A DNA stretch of 61,757 bases, counting the filler, from a bacterium (GTDB taxonomy: Bacteria > J088 > JAWLBW01), in NCBI GenBank assembly GCA_041690355.1. It is 3 parts of 3 records of this genome, joined end to end, with 100 filler letters (N's around TTAATTAATTAA, not from the genome) between each part and the next. Parts side by side here need not be neighbours in the genome. Positions count along the whole stretch, not along the records: positions 28,554 to 55,888 come from JAWLHK010000033.1; positions 55,989 to 61,757 come from JAWLHK010000040.1; 1 more part is not named here. The stretch is one strand, 5' to 3'. A program made the position numbers and the translations under genes. Positions 49,778 through 60,267 of this stretch are shown here, piece after piece; position 1 is the stretch's first letter; each line of letters opens with the position of its first letter. The notes under the pieces are model-generated. The model did not search any database and had not been told where the DNA came from. It saw nothing but the letters and a program-made list of their open reading frames with translations.

Positions 49778-50398
49778 TCAGCGTCGCCCCGCCATCACCG
49801 CCTCCGCCTGCACGATCCCCACTCCCGCCTCCTGCAGCCGCTGGCGCACGGCCGGGAACCCCGCGACGCCGATGGCCCGCGTGGCGTCCTCGATGAGCGT
49901 CGCCTCGAAGCCGAGCCCGACGGCATCGTGCAGGGAATAGTTCACGCAGAAATCCGCCGCCAGGCCGACGAAGTAAACGTGGTCGACGCCGCGCCCGCGC
50001 AGGTAGCCGGCGAGTCCGCTCGCCTTGCGGTGCTCGTTGTCGAAGAACGTGCTGTAGCTGTCAATCTCCCGATCGGTCCCTTTGCGGATGATCGCTTCCA
50101 CCCGCTTCGTGACCAGCTGGGGCGACAGCGCCGCGCCGGGGGAATCCTGCACGCAGTGATCCGGCCAGAGAATCTGCTCCGATCCGAAGAGCGGAATGCG
50201 GTCGCCCGGCTTCTTCCCGGGATGGTTCGAGGCAAAGCTGACGTGATCCTGCGGATGCCAGTCCTGGGTCGCAACGACGAGCGGAAAACACTCCTGCAGC
50301 CGGTTCACGAGGGGAATGATCTCGTCGCCATGCGGAACGGGGAGGGCGCCGCCGGGGAGAAAATCCGGCTGGATATCGGTGACTATGAGCGCGTCCAT
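49778..50398 (-). CDS. pncA: Nicotinamidase/pyrazinamidase
   Basis: D.Q.DF.PGGAL, TQDWHP..H.SF, LWPDHCVQ, KG....DSYS.F, GLAADFCV. Confidence 0.95.
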   Translation of the reverse strand: MDALIVTDIQPDFLPGGALPVPHGDEIIPLVNRLQECFPLVVATQDWHPQDHVSFASNHPGKKPGDRIPLFGSEQILWPDHCVQDSPGAALSPQLVTKRVEAIIRKGTDREIDSYSTFFDNEHRKASGLAGYLRGRGVDHVYFVGLAADFCVNYSLHDAVGLGFEATLIEDATRAIGVAGFPAVRQRLQEAGVGIVQAEAVMAGRR

Positions 50399-51834
50399 GC
50401 CGACCTGTGCTTTTCGATGAGGGCCCCCCGCAGGCGGTGCAGTTCGCGGCTGAGCCCGAGCGGATACGGCTGCGGTTCGGTCAGGGTGCGGTGCGGGGCG
50501 GGCAGGCTCGCCAGCCGCGCCCGCGCGTAGGCGGCGATCTGCGGCAACGGGCGCGGCGCGTCGGTTCGCCGCCCCTCGCGCATCACGGGACGCAGCAGCG
50601 GCTCGAGCGACACATCGCGCAGTGGGCGGATAGCCTCTCCGGTGCGCAGATCGAGCATCTCGCCGGGGGCCCCCTCGGTGGCGAGCCCGATGACGTCGCC
50701 GGCGAATTCCCCCCGATCGGTGTGCAGGCGGTAGACCTGCTTGATTCCAGGCAGGGTGATCTTCTCCGGGGTCTCCGACAGCTTCAGGCGCGGCTCGCCG
50801 TCGGCCATCGCCAGCTTGTAGACCCCGTCGAGGGCCGCGTCGGGCCGGCCGGTCGTTAGCCGAGTCCCCACGCCGAAGATGTCGATGGGGGCCCCCTGCG
50901 CCAGCAGATCGCGGATGACGAACTCGTCGAGCTGGTTCGAAGCGACGAGCTTCACGTCGCGGAATCCGGCGTCGTCAAGCATGCGCCGCGCGGCGTGGGC
51001 GAGGGCGCCCAGATCGCCGCTGTCGAGGCGGATCGCCCGCATCCGATGCCCCTGCGCGGCAAGCTCGCGGGCGACCGTGATCGCGTTCGGGACGCCGCTC
51101 TCGAGCGTGCTGTAGGTGTCGACGAGCAGAATGCAGCGGTCGGGGTACGCGGCGGCGAATGCGCGGAAGGCGCTCAGCTCGTCGGGATGGCTCTCGATGT
51201 AGGAGTGCGCCATGGTTCCGGCCGCCGGCACGTCGAACGCAAACGCGGCGTAGACGTTCGAGGTGCTGTCGAAGCCGCCGACGATGGCGGCCCGCGCCGC
51301 CTGGATGGCCCCGAGCCCCTGTCCTCGCCGCAGCCCGAACTCGCTGCAGACCCGGTCACCGGACACCGAGCGGATGCGCGCCGCCTTGGTGGCGATGAGC
51401 GATTCGAAGTTGAGGAAATTGAGCAGCATCGACTCTACCAGCTGCGCCTCGAGCATCCCCCCGTCGACGCGCACGATGGGCTCGAAGGGGAACACGGGTT
51501 CACCCTCGGGGTGCGCATAGACATCCCCACGGAAGCGGAAGGTTTCCAGGTACGCCAGAAAGTCGGGGCGGAACCCGTTGCGCTCAAGCCACCCGAGGGC
51601 CTCGGGGCCGAAGCGCAGGTCGGCCAGGGCGTCGAGCAGCGTCTCGAGGCCGGCGAAGAGGGTGAATCCGCCGCCGAAAGGGTTCTTGCGGAAGTGATAG
51701 TCGAAGGCCGCGCGGGCCTCGTGCCGCCCTTCGCGGAAGTAGGCCTGCGCCATGGTGAGCTCGTAGAGATCGGCGTAGAGCCCGATGTTGTCGTCCAGCA
51801 GATTCACGATGGGTACCGCGTCTGCGGCCACCAT
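50383..51834 (-). CDS. pncB: Nicotinate phosphoribosyltransferase
   Basis: DLYELTM, IATKAAR, EFGLRR.QG, GTMAHS, LVDTY, IRLDSGDL, FGVGT. True start may be a few codons downstream (GTG). Confidence 0.95.
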   Translation of the reverse strand: MVAADAVPIVNLLDDNIGLYADLYELTMAQAYFREGRHEARAAFDYHFRKNPFGGGFTLFAGLETLLDALADLRFGPEALGWLERNGFRPDFLAYLETFRFRGDVYAHPEGEPVFPFEPIVRVDGGMLEAQLVESMLLNFLNFESLIATKAARIRSVSGDRVCSEFGLRRGQGLGAIQAARAAIVGGFDSTSNVYAAFAFDVPAAGTMAHSYIESHPDELSAFRAFAAAYPDRCILLVDTYSTLESGVPNAITVARELAAQGHRMRAIRLDSGDLGALAHAARRMLDDAGFRDVKLVASNQLDEFVIRDLLAQGAPIDIFGVGTRLTTGRPDAALDGVYKLAMADGEPRLKLSETPEKITLPGIKQVYRLHTDRGEFAGDVIGLATEGAPGEMLDLRTGEAIRPLRDVSLEPLLRPVMREGRRTDAPRPLPQIAAYARARLASLPAPHRTLTEPQPYPLGLSRELHRLRGALIEKHRSAWTRS

Positions 51835-51888
51835 ACCATCGCGCCCGGCGCCTCACCATCTTGGCGCCACCGCTCGGCGGGCGCTCAT

Positions 51889-52008
51889 GGAGTGACGAAT
51901 GGACGAATGACGAATGACGAATTCGCGGCAAGGGCGTGGGAACCCTCTTCAGCGCTCAGCGCTCGGCGCTCGGCGCTTGGTGCTTTGCCTGTGACGAGTG
52001 ACGAATGA
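51889..52008. repeat. Mosaic heptamer repeats (TGACGAA/GTGACGA, GCGCTCG/GCGCTTG)
   Basis: Directly visible runs upstream of pncB. Confidence 0.75.
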
Positions 52009-52031
52009 TCAGGGACTTGGGGACAGTCTAT

Positions 52032-52224
52032 TCCGCTCGCCCTGAGGAGGCGGAACTGGGGAATCGAAAATTCCAATTTCCCTCAGCGTTCGCGAGGATG
52101 CCCACCCCGGCGTCTCGAAGGGCCAGCAGGCCATGGATGCGTGCTCGAAGGCATGGTGGCGCCGGTGCACAGGTCCTTGAGAAAGTGCTGACCGATACGC
52201 TGGCCCTTCGACAGGGCGAACGGA
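52032..52224. repeat. REP-like nested inverted-repeat element
   Basis: tccgctcgccctg (52032-44) / cagggcgaacgga (52212-24) 12/13; tcgaagggccagc (52115-27) / gctggcccttcga (52199-211) 13/13. Confidence 0.65.
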
Positions 52225-52278
52225 CGAAGTAAGAACGCCAGAAGAAGACCACTGAAGGAAGGCTGGAAACGGAACACG

Positions 52279-52318
52279 GAAAACAAAACGGGGAACCGGC
52301 CGTGACCGGTTCCCCGTG
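52279..52318 (-). terminator. Intrinsic terminator of thiolase gene
   Basis: acggggaaccgg...ccggttccccgt hairpin with an A tract on the left (U tract on minus strand). Confidence 0.8.
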
Positions 52319-52343
52319 TGGAATCAAAGTGCAGATGCAGGTC

Positions 52344-53525
52344 TTACGGCCGCTCGACCATGACGGCCAGGGCTTCGCCGCCGCCGATGCAGATGGCCGC
52401 CACACCGAGCTTCTTGCCGCGGTTCTTGAGGGCGTGCACGAGCGTCGTGATGATGCGGGCGCCCGAGCTGCCGATGGGGTGGCCCAGCGAGACCGCGCCG
52501 CCGTTGACGTTCACCGTTTCGGGATCCAGGTTGAAGTCCTTGATCGGGGCCATGGCGACCACGGCGAAGGCTTCGTTGATCTCCCACAGGTCGACGTCTT
52601 CGACCTTCTTGCCGGTCTTCTCGAGCAGCTTCTTGATGGCGTCGACCGGGGCGGTCGTGAACCACTTCGGCTCCTTGGCCGCGCTCGACCAGCCCACGAT
52701 GCGGGCGAGCACCGGGGCGCCGATCTTCTGCGCATGCTCTTCGGTCGTCACCACGACCGCCGAGGCGCCGTCGTTGATGCTCGACGCGTTGGCGGCCGTG
52801 ATCGTGCCGCCGTCCTTCTTGAAGGCGGGCTTGAGCGAACCGATCTTGTCGACGTTGATCTTCTTGGGGCCTTCGTCTTCGGTGACGACGACCGGGTCAC
52901 CCTTGCGCTGGGGCACGCTGACCGGCGCGATCTCGTCCTTGAAGGCGCCGCTGGCGGTCGCTTCCTTGGCACGCACCGTCGAGCGCTTCGAGAACTCGTC
53001 CTGGGCCTCGCGCGAGAATTCATAGGACTCGGCGCACAGCTCGCCGCAGTTGCCCATGTGCATGTCGCCGTACGGATCCCACAGGCCGTCGAAGATCATC
53101 GAGTCGACCATCGCGCCGTTGCCCATGCGGTACCCGGTGCGGGCCTGGGGCAGCAGATACGGGGCGTTGCTCATCGACTCCATGCCGCCGCCGATGGCGA
53201 TGTCGCACTCGCCGGTCATGACCTGCTGCGCGGCGAAGATGACCGACTGCATGCCCGAACCGCAGACCTTGTTCACGGTCACGGTCGGCGTGTTGTCGGG
53301 AAGGCCGGCGCCGAGGGTCGCCTGGCGGGCGGGGGCCTGACCGATGCCCGCCTGCAGCACGTTGCCCATGGCGACGAAGCCGACCTGTTCGGGCTTGACC
53401 CCGGCCTTTTCCAGCGCGTGCTTGATGGCGGTCGCGCCCAGTTTCGGCGCGGCCAGCGACGACAGTTCGCCCAGGAACGCGCCCATCGGGGTACGCGATG
53501 CGGCAATGATAACAGCCTTGCTCAT
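52344..53525 (-). CDS. atoB: Acetyl-CoA C-acetyltransferase (thiolase)
   Basis: NKVCGSG, GGMESMS, NEAF, GHPIGSSG, ICIGGG. Confidence 0.93.
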   Translation of the reverse strand: MSKAVIIAASRTPMGAFLGELSSLAAPKLGATAIKHALEKAGVKPEQVGFVAMGNVLQAGIGQAPARQATLGAGLPDNTPTVTVNKVCGSGMQSVIFAAQQVMTGECDIAIGGGMESMSNAPYLLPQARTGYRMGNGAMVDSMIFDGLWDPYGDMHMGNCGELCAESYEFSREAQDEFSKRSTVRAKEATASGAFKDEIAPVSVPQRKGDPVVVTEDEGPKKINVDKIGSLKPAFKKDGGTITAANASSINDGASAVVVTTEEHAQKIGAPVLARIVGWSSAAKEPKWFTTAPVDAIKKLLEKTGKKVEDVDLWEINEAFAVVAMAPIKDFNLDPETVNVNGGAVSLGHPIGSSGARIITTLVHALKNRGKKLGVAAICIGGGEALAVMVERP

Positions 53526-53690
53526 GCGGTCAACTCCTCATGCGGATTGGTTGGGGACGTAGAACCTCTTATGGTATCCAATGGTCTGCGGAGGGGCAAG
53601 AAAGACAGTCGTCAGTCTTCAGTCTACAGTCATCAGTCGGGAGAAGTGAGGCCATACCCGCGGGTCAGGGCAGGGAAGGGCCCCCGCGAA

Positions 53691-53812
53691 CCGTTCGTGT
53701 CGAGCCGACGGCGGAGGGCAGCGCCCGATGCGACGGCGAGACAGGCGCTTGATGGCGGCCGTGTCGCTGTCGCGCACCATTCCATTCCGCGCCGTCAGCT
53801 CGGGGCGAACGG
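53691..53812. repeat. REP-like inverted-repeat element
   Basis: ccgttcgtgtcgagccgacggcg / cgccgtcagctcggggcgaacgg, 19/23 complementary; same CCGYTCG...CGAACGG ends as 52032-52224. Confidence 0.6.
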
Positions 53813-53982
53813 AGAAGGGCATCGGCCGCACATCGGTTCTACGCCCTTTCCGGTCCTTGCTCTATTCCCCCACTCTCCCACTCCCCCTCTCTCCCACTCC
53901 GCGTGAAAGCTACGTGGGTCCACTCGGCCCTCTCCGCTTGAAAGCTACGTGGATGCACATTGTGCGCGGTATACTATTGGCC

Positions 53983-54921
53983 ATGCGTTCCCTCCCGACC
54001 ACCCTCCTCGCGACAGACCCCACGCCTCACGAAGCCCCCGACATCCGCGCCTGGTGGAACCGGGTCGACGCCGAGCTGGCCGACTGTGCTCCCTTCGAGC
54101 GCGCCGTGCTGGCAGGCATGCGCACCGATCGGCTCGGTTATGCCTTCGTCGGCGGCTACGAAAGCGCGCTCCGGCGGATGCTCCCCGATCTCCCCGGCGG
54201 AAAAACGGCGGCACTCTGTGTCACCGAGGAAGGGGGCGGGCACCCGCGCGCCATCCGCTCGACGCTGCGGCCTGAGGGTGACGGCTGGCGCCTCGACGGC
54301 AGCAAGAAGTTCATCACGCTCGGCACCGAAGCCGATCTCCTCCTGGTCGCCGCCTCGGTGGGCGAAGACGGGGAAGGGCGCAACCGCCTGCGTATGGCCT
54401 TGATTCCGCGAGACGCCGACGGCGTGACCCTGGCGCCCATGCCCGAGCTCCCGTTCGTCCCGGAGATTCCGCATGCGGAAGTGCGCTTTGAGAACGTGCG
54501 CGTGGGAGAAGGGGAACTGCTGCCGGGAGACGGCTACGCGCGCTACGTGAAGCCGTTCCGCACGTTCGAAGACATCCACGTGAACGCGGGCATTCTCGGC
54601 TACCTGCTCGGCGTGGCGCGCCGTTCGGGCTGGCCGCCCGAAGCCATCGAGCGGCTGATCGCGCTGACGATGCTTCTGGGCGAGCTCGGCGCGGGAGACG
54701 CGTCGGATCCGGGCGTACACGTGGCGCTCGGCGGGTACTTCACGCTGTTCCGCGAAGCCCTGGCCGCGGTGGAACCGCATTGGGAGCTCGCGCCGGAGGA
54801 TGTGCGGAACGGCTGGCATCGCGACGTTGCCCTCTTCCAGGTCGCGGGCAAAGCCCGCGCCCAGCGGCTCGCCACGGCCTGGCAGCGATTTTCCACGCCG
54901 GCCCCCGAAGGGGGACGGTAG
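53983..54921 (+). CDS. Short acyl-CoA dehydrogenase-family protein
   Basis: ALCVTE.GG, W.LDGSKKFIT.G..ADL.LV.A, H..V.F..V.V, LPGDGY..YVKPFRT.ED. Confidence 0.78.
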   Translation: MRSLPTTLLATDPTPHEAPDIRAWWNRVDAELADCAPFERAVLAGMRTDRLGYAFVGGYESALRRMLPDLPGGKTAALCVTEEGGGHPRAIRSTLRPEGDGWRLDGSKKFITLGTEADLLLVAASVGEDGEGRNRLRMALIPRDADGVTLAPMPELPFVPEIPHAEVRFENVRVGEGELLPGDGYARYVKPFRTFEDIHVNAGILGYLLGVARRSGWPPEAIERLIALTMLLGELGAGDASDPGVHVALGGYFTLFREALAAVEPHWELAPEDVRNGWHRDVALFQVAGKARAQRLATAWQRFSTPAPEGGR

Positions 54922-54990
54922 GGGTCGTTCCGGCGTTCGTTCTCGAGGGTTCGCTCCGGTGTGTCGGGTTCTTGCTGCGCCCGTTCCGCT

Positions 54991-55018
54991 CAGGAATCAG
55001 GAATCAGGAATCAGGAAT
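54991..55018. repeat. (CAGGAAT)4 heptamer run
   Basis: Four tandem copies between convergent genes. Confidence 0.8.
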
Positions 55019-55033
55019 GGCCGCAGCCGCGCC

Positions 55034-55669
55034 CTAGCGCGGCTGCGGCAGGTAGTACTTGGTTCCCCCGCGCATCGTCATGATCTCGCGCGCGAGCTCG
55101 TTGAGCGCCTCGGGTTCCCGCGTGTCGATCTGGTTCGTGTTCACGACCAGCAGCGGCGTCTCGGTGTAGTGGAAGAAGAACTGGTTGTAGCTCTTCGAAA
55201 GTTCCACCAGATAGTTTTCCTGAATGTTGCGCTCGTACTCCCGCCCGCGCTTGCGGATGCGCTGGAAGAGGGTATCGAGATCGGCCTGCAGGTAGACGAC
55301 CAGATCGGGCTTCACGATTTTGCAGTCGAGCGCCTGAAAGACCTTCTCGTACAGCGCCAGCTCGTCTTCGTTCAGCGTCAGATGGGCGAAGATGCGATCC
55401 TTCGCGAACAGGTAATCGCTCACCAGCCCGCCGCGCGCGAAAAGCGTCTGCTGCGGCAATTGCTCCTGCTGGCGGTAGCGGCTCAACAGAAAGAAGAGCT
55501 GCGTCTGGAAGGCGAAGTGCTTCGGGTCGCGGTAGAAACCGGGGAGGAATGGATTTTCTTCGACCGCTTCGAGCAGCAGGTCGGCGCCGATGCGCCCGGC
55601 AAGCGCCTTGGCGAACGTCGTCTTGCCGACCCCGATCGGTCCCTCGATGGCGATGTAACGCGGCTTCAC
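55034..55669 (-). CDS. Deoxynucleoside kinase (dCK/dGK family)
   Basis: IAIEGPIGVGKTT P-loop, NPFL..FY, F.TQLFFLLSRY.Q, PDLVVYL.A, RI.KRGR.YE. GTG start inferred. Confidence 0.92.
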   Translation of the reverse strand: MKPRYIAIEGPIGVGKTTFAKALAGRIGADLLLEAVEENPFLPGFYRDPKHFAFQTQLFFLLSRYRQQEQLPQQTLFARGGLVSDYLFAKDRIFAHLTLNEDELALYEKVFQALDCKIVKPDLVVYLQADLDTLFQRIRKRGREYERNIQENYLVELSKSYNQFFFHYTETPLLVVNTNQIDTREPEALNELAREIMTMRGGTKYYLPQPR

Positions 55670-55715
55670 GCTCCAAAGTGTAACAGAGCGGCCCCCGTGC
55701 TGTCGCCCCATGCGT

Positions 55716-55888
55716 CACCGCCGTCACATCGCTCCGACCGAAGTGGAGGAGTCGCCCGAGGACGCACCGCCGTCACGTCGCTCCGACCGAAGTGGAGGAG
55801 CCGCCCGAGGACGCACCGCCGTCACGTCGCTCCGACCGAAGTGGAGGAGCCGCCCGAGGGCGCACCGCCGTCACGTCGCTCCGACCGA
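55716..55888. repeat. 49-bp tandem repeat, at least 3.5 copies, truncated by contig end
   Basis: Unit caccgccgtcacgtcgctccgaccgaagtggaggagccgcccgaggacg starting at 55716, 55765, 55814, 55863. Confidence 0.9.
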
Positions 55889-55988
55889 NNNNNNNNNNNN
55901 NNNNNNNNNNNNNNNNNNNNNNNNNNNNNNNNTTAATTAATTAANNNNNNNNNNNNNNNNNNNNNNNNNNNNNNNNNNNNNNNNNNNN
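55889..55988. other. Artificial contig linker
   Basis: N-run, TTAATTAATTAA, N-run; 100 bp. Confidence 0.97.
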
Positions 55989-55990
55989 TC

Positions 55991-56260
55991 TATCTGCTCG
56001 AGTGCCGGGGCGGCTCCATCTACACGGGCATTGCCGTCGACGTCGAGGCGCGCTACCGCAGCCACTGCGCGGGAAAAGGGGCCCGCCACACCCGTGCGAA
56101 TCCCCCCGAGCGGATTCTGGCCGTGATTCCGTATCCCGATCGGTCGTCGGCCTCGAAAGCCGAAGCGGCGATGAAGCGGCGGACGCCGGCCGAGAAGCGG
56201 GCCTTCTGCGCGCGCCTTGCCGCCGAAGAGCATGCGGGGCGTGCGGCAACCGGCCGCTGA
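55991..56260 (+). CDS. GIY-YIG nuclease (YhbQ/UPF0213-like), 5'-partial; absent from the ORF track
   Basis: Own translation: YLLECRGGSIYTGIAVDVEARYRSHCAGKGARHTRANPP...RSSASKAEAAMKRRTPAEK...TGR-stop. Confidence 0.88.
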   Translation, partial: YLLECRGGSIYTGIAVDVEARYRSHCAGKGARHTRANPPERILAVIPYPDRSSASKAEAAMKRRTPAEKRAFCARLAAEEHAGRAATGR

Positions 56261-56333
56261 GCCCGCTCCCCCCAAAAAAGAAAACGGCGCCCGAAGGGCG
56301 CCGCTGGGAATGGAAGAGGCGTTTCGGCCGGGT

Positions 56334-57617
56334 TCAGCGCGGCCCGCGGGTGCGCGAGCGGCTGCGCCGCTGGTTCTCGCGTTTCTTTTCCTGCTGCGGC
56401 TGACGGCCGCCGGCCGCGAACGGGCGCCGGCTTGCCTGGCGCTGCGGACGCGGAGGACGCCGATCTTCTTCGGCGTCGGCGGGATCTTCCTTCGCCGTGT
56501 AATCGAAGCCGGCCGCGGTCTTGCGCGGCAGCGGCTTGCCCAGCAGGCGCTCGATATCCTTCACGTTCCAGGCATCGTCAGGCGTGATGAAGGTAATCGC
56601 TTCGCCCGTGCGCTCGGCGCGGCCCGTGCGGCCGATGCGGTGCGTGTAGGTCTCGGCCGTCTCGGGGACGTCGAAGTTGATGACGTGCGAGACCCGCGAA
56701 ACGTCGATGCCGCGGGCGGCGATGTCGGTGGCCACGAGCACCTTGGTCTCGCCGCTGCGAAAACCGTCGAGGGCCGCCTGGCGCCGGTTCTGCGACAGGT
56801 TACCCTGCAGCGAAGCCGAGGCATAACCGGCCTTCTCGAGCCGCACGGCGACCTTCTTGGCGGCGTGCTTGGTGCGCATGAAGACGAGCACCGAATCGGT
56901 CTGCGTCTGCTCGAGCAGGTGCAGAAGCAGCGCGAGTTTACGCTGTTTCGACACCTGGTAGGCGGCGTGCGAAACGGTCACCGCCGGCGCGACGTGGCCG
57001 ATCTGCACGGTCTTCGGATTGCGCAGGACACGAGAAGACAGGCTGCGGATTTCGGCCGGCATGGTCGCCGAGAACAGCATCGACTGGCGTTCGGTGGGCA
57101 GGCGGCGCAGAATCTTCTCGATGGGGGGCAGAAAGCCCATGTCGAGCATCTGGTCGGCTTCATCGAGCACGAGGGTCTCGACGTGGTCGAGCGAAATCGT
57201 ACCCTGCTGCAGGTGATCGAGCAGGCGTCCGGGGCAGGCGACGACGATGTCGACGCCGCGCTTCAGCGTGTCGATCTGACGCTGCATGCCGACGCCGCCG
57301 TAGATGGTCGTCGTGCGCAGGCCCGTCTTGGCGCCGAGGCTGGAGAAGGTTTCAAAAATCTGTTCGGCCAGCTCGCGGGTGGGGCAGACGATGAGCGCGC
57401 GCACCTTGCGTTCGCGTTTGCCGGCAGAGAGTTTTTCGAGGATGGGAAGGGCGAAGGCGGCGGTCTTGCCGGTGCCCGTCTGGGCGATGCCCATCAGGTC
57501 GTGTCCCTCCAGGGCGACCGGGATGGCCTGGCTCTGGATGGGGGTGGGGCTTTCGTAGCCCGCGTCGCGGATCCCCGCGCGCACGTTCGGGCCGAAGCCC
57601 ATGTCGTCAAAGGTCAT
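56334..57617 (-). CDS. rhlE: DEAD-box RNA helicase (RhlE-like)
   Basis: Q motif PTPIQ, AQTGTGKT, PTRELA, DEAD, SAT, ARGID, HRIGRTGR; basic C-terminal tail. Confidence 0.9.
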   Translation of the reverse strand: MTFDDMGFGPNVRAGIRDAGYESPTPIQSQAIPVALEGHDLMGIAQTGTGKTAAFALPILEKLSAGKRERKVRALIVCPTRELAEQIFETFSSLGAKTGLRTTTIYGGVGMQRQIDTLKRGVDIVVACPGRLLDHLQQGTISLDHVETLVLDEADQMLDMGFLPPIEKILRRLPTERQSMLFSATMPAEIRSLSSRVLRNPKTVQIGHVAPAVTVSHAAYQVSKQRKLALLLHLLEQTQTDSVLVFMRTKHAAKKVAVRLEKAGYASASLQGNLSQNRRQAALDGFRSGETKVLVATDIAARGIDVSRVSHVINFDVPETAETYTHRIGRTGRAERTGEAITFITPDDAWNVKDIERLLGKPLPRKTAAGFDYTAKEDPADAEEDRRPPRPQRQASRRPFAAGGRQPQQEKKRENQRRSRSRTRGPR

Positions 57618-57629
57618 GTATTCCGTGGG

Positions 57630-57678
57630 AAAAAAAAGAGAACGGCAGGCCGGTCCCTGTGGAGGGCCGGCCTGCCGT
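57630..57678 (-). terminator. Hairpin/terminator between RRM gene and helicase
   Basis: acggcaggccgg...ccggcctgccgt stem, followed on the minus strand by tctctttttttt. Confidence 0.65.
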
Positions 57679-57690
57679 CAAAGCGACCGA

Positions 57691-58023
57691 TTAGTAGCGA
57701 TCGCGACGTCCGCCGCCGCCACCGCCACCGCCGTTGCGACGTCCGCCACCGGCGCCGCCGGCGCCGCCGCGGAAATCACCGCGGTCGGTCTGGGGGCGTG
57801 CTTCGTTGATGGTGAGGTCGCGGCCTTCGATCTGGAGCTGCGACATGCGATCGATGGCGGCCTGGCCATCGGGGGTTTCGACGAAGCCGAAGCCGCGGCT
57901 GCGCTGGGTCATGCGGTCCTGGACAACGCTGGCGCTGTCGACCGTAAAGCCTTCATCTTCGAAAAGCTGGCGCAGCCCTTCGCTATCAACGGACCAGGGC
58001 AGGTTGCCTACGAACAGTTTCAT
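57691..58023 (-). CDS. RRM RNA-binding protein with Gly-rich tail
   Basis: RNP2 LFVGNL, RNP1 RGFGFVE, GR.L..NEARP, Gly/Arg tail. Confidence 0.93.
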   Translation of the reverse strand: MKLFVGNLPWSVDSEGLRQLFEDEGFTVDSASVVQDRMTQRSRGFGFVETPDGQAAIDRMSQLQIEGRDLTINEARPQTDRGDFRGGAGGAGGGRRNGGGGGGGGRRDRY

Positions 58024-58330
58024 GGAGTCTCCACTACTGGATAAAATAAGGACATCACCGCGAACACCATGTTCACGGCGGGTGGTTTTATTGCAGTACT
58101 GGAAACGAAACCGATACCAGGCAAGGGATAGCTACAAGAGCGAGACCAACCAACCCCATCCGTTGCGAACCGTCTTGTGAACCAACCAAAAAAACCGGTA
58201 TAGGCGCAAGTAAGGCAGGAAACGAACTTGCACACAGCATACCACATCGATGCGAGTTTCGCGCAAGTAAATTTGTAAGTTTCGAAAAAAGGGGGCAAGG
58301 GCAAGCTTCGGCCGGGTGCCCCGAAGGGGG

Positions 58331-58693
58331 CTAAAGGATGGCGGGAAGGCGATCCATGTCGACGAGAACGCGGCCTTCAGACTCGGTGACCGGGAGGACG
58401 TACAGGGCGTCTCCCGTACAGGGCCCGGCAATGCAGAGGCCGCTCAGCTCGTAGAGCGCGCCGTGCGTCTTGCACTGGATATGGCGCTCGTCATAGTCCC
58501 AGAAATCGCCGGTTTCCATGTCGAGCGTGACGGGCCAGTGCATGCACAGGTTGACGTAGCCGTAGACGACCCCCCCTTTGCGCAGCAGAAAGCAGTGGAC
58601 CTTCTTGCCGTCGGGCCAGGGCAAGTCGAACCGGAACGAGTGCCCTTCGGAAATTTCGAACGAGGAGCAGACGACGTGAAGCACGTTTCTCAA
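58331..58693 (-). CDS. Rieske [2Fe-2S] ferredoxin
   Basis: CMH...CKTHGA.Y....G.C..GP. Confidence 0.88.
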   Translation of the reverse strand: MRNVLHVVCSSFEISEGHSFRFDLPWPDGKKVHCFLLRKGGVVYGYVNLCMHWPVTLDMETGDFWDYDERHIQCKTHGALYELSGLCIAGPCTGDALYVLPVTESEGRVLVDMDRLPAIL

Positions 58694-58705
58694 AGTATCT
58701 GCTGC

Positions 58706-58867
58706 ATTGACGATTTACAATTGACGATTGACGATTTCTGCAAATTACGAGTGACAAGTGACGAGTGACGAATTTCCGGCAAGGAAGTGGTGGCCTCGTG
58801 TTACTCGTCACTCGTCATTCGTGACTCGTCACTCGTTAGTGCTTGGCGCTCAGTGCTTGCCGCTTGG
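58706..58867. repeat. Mosaic heptamer repeats including an inverted GTGACGA/TCGTCAC pair
   Basis: TTGACGA run, GAGTGAC run (about 58746-58771), its reverse complement (about 58797-58837), GCTTGGC-type run. Confidence 0.8.
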
Positions 58868-58880
58868 TATGATTTCGCCC

Positions 58881-60233
<1,353 letters not shown>

Positions 60234-60267
60234 CCGCCGCCCGCCGGCTTCTCCCCCAGGACCCTCC

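Noticed and set aside
55716-55888. CRISPR array
   Set aside because: Units are nearly identical over all 49 bp with no unique spacers, and no cas genes are in the window.
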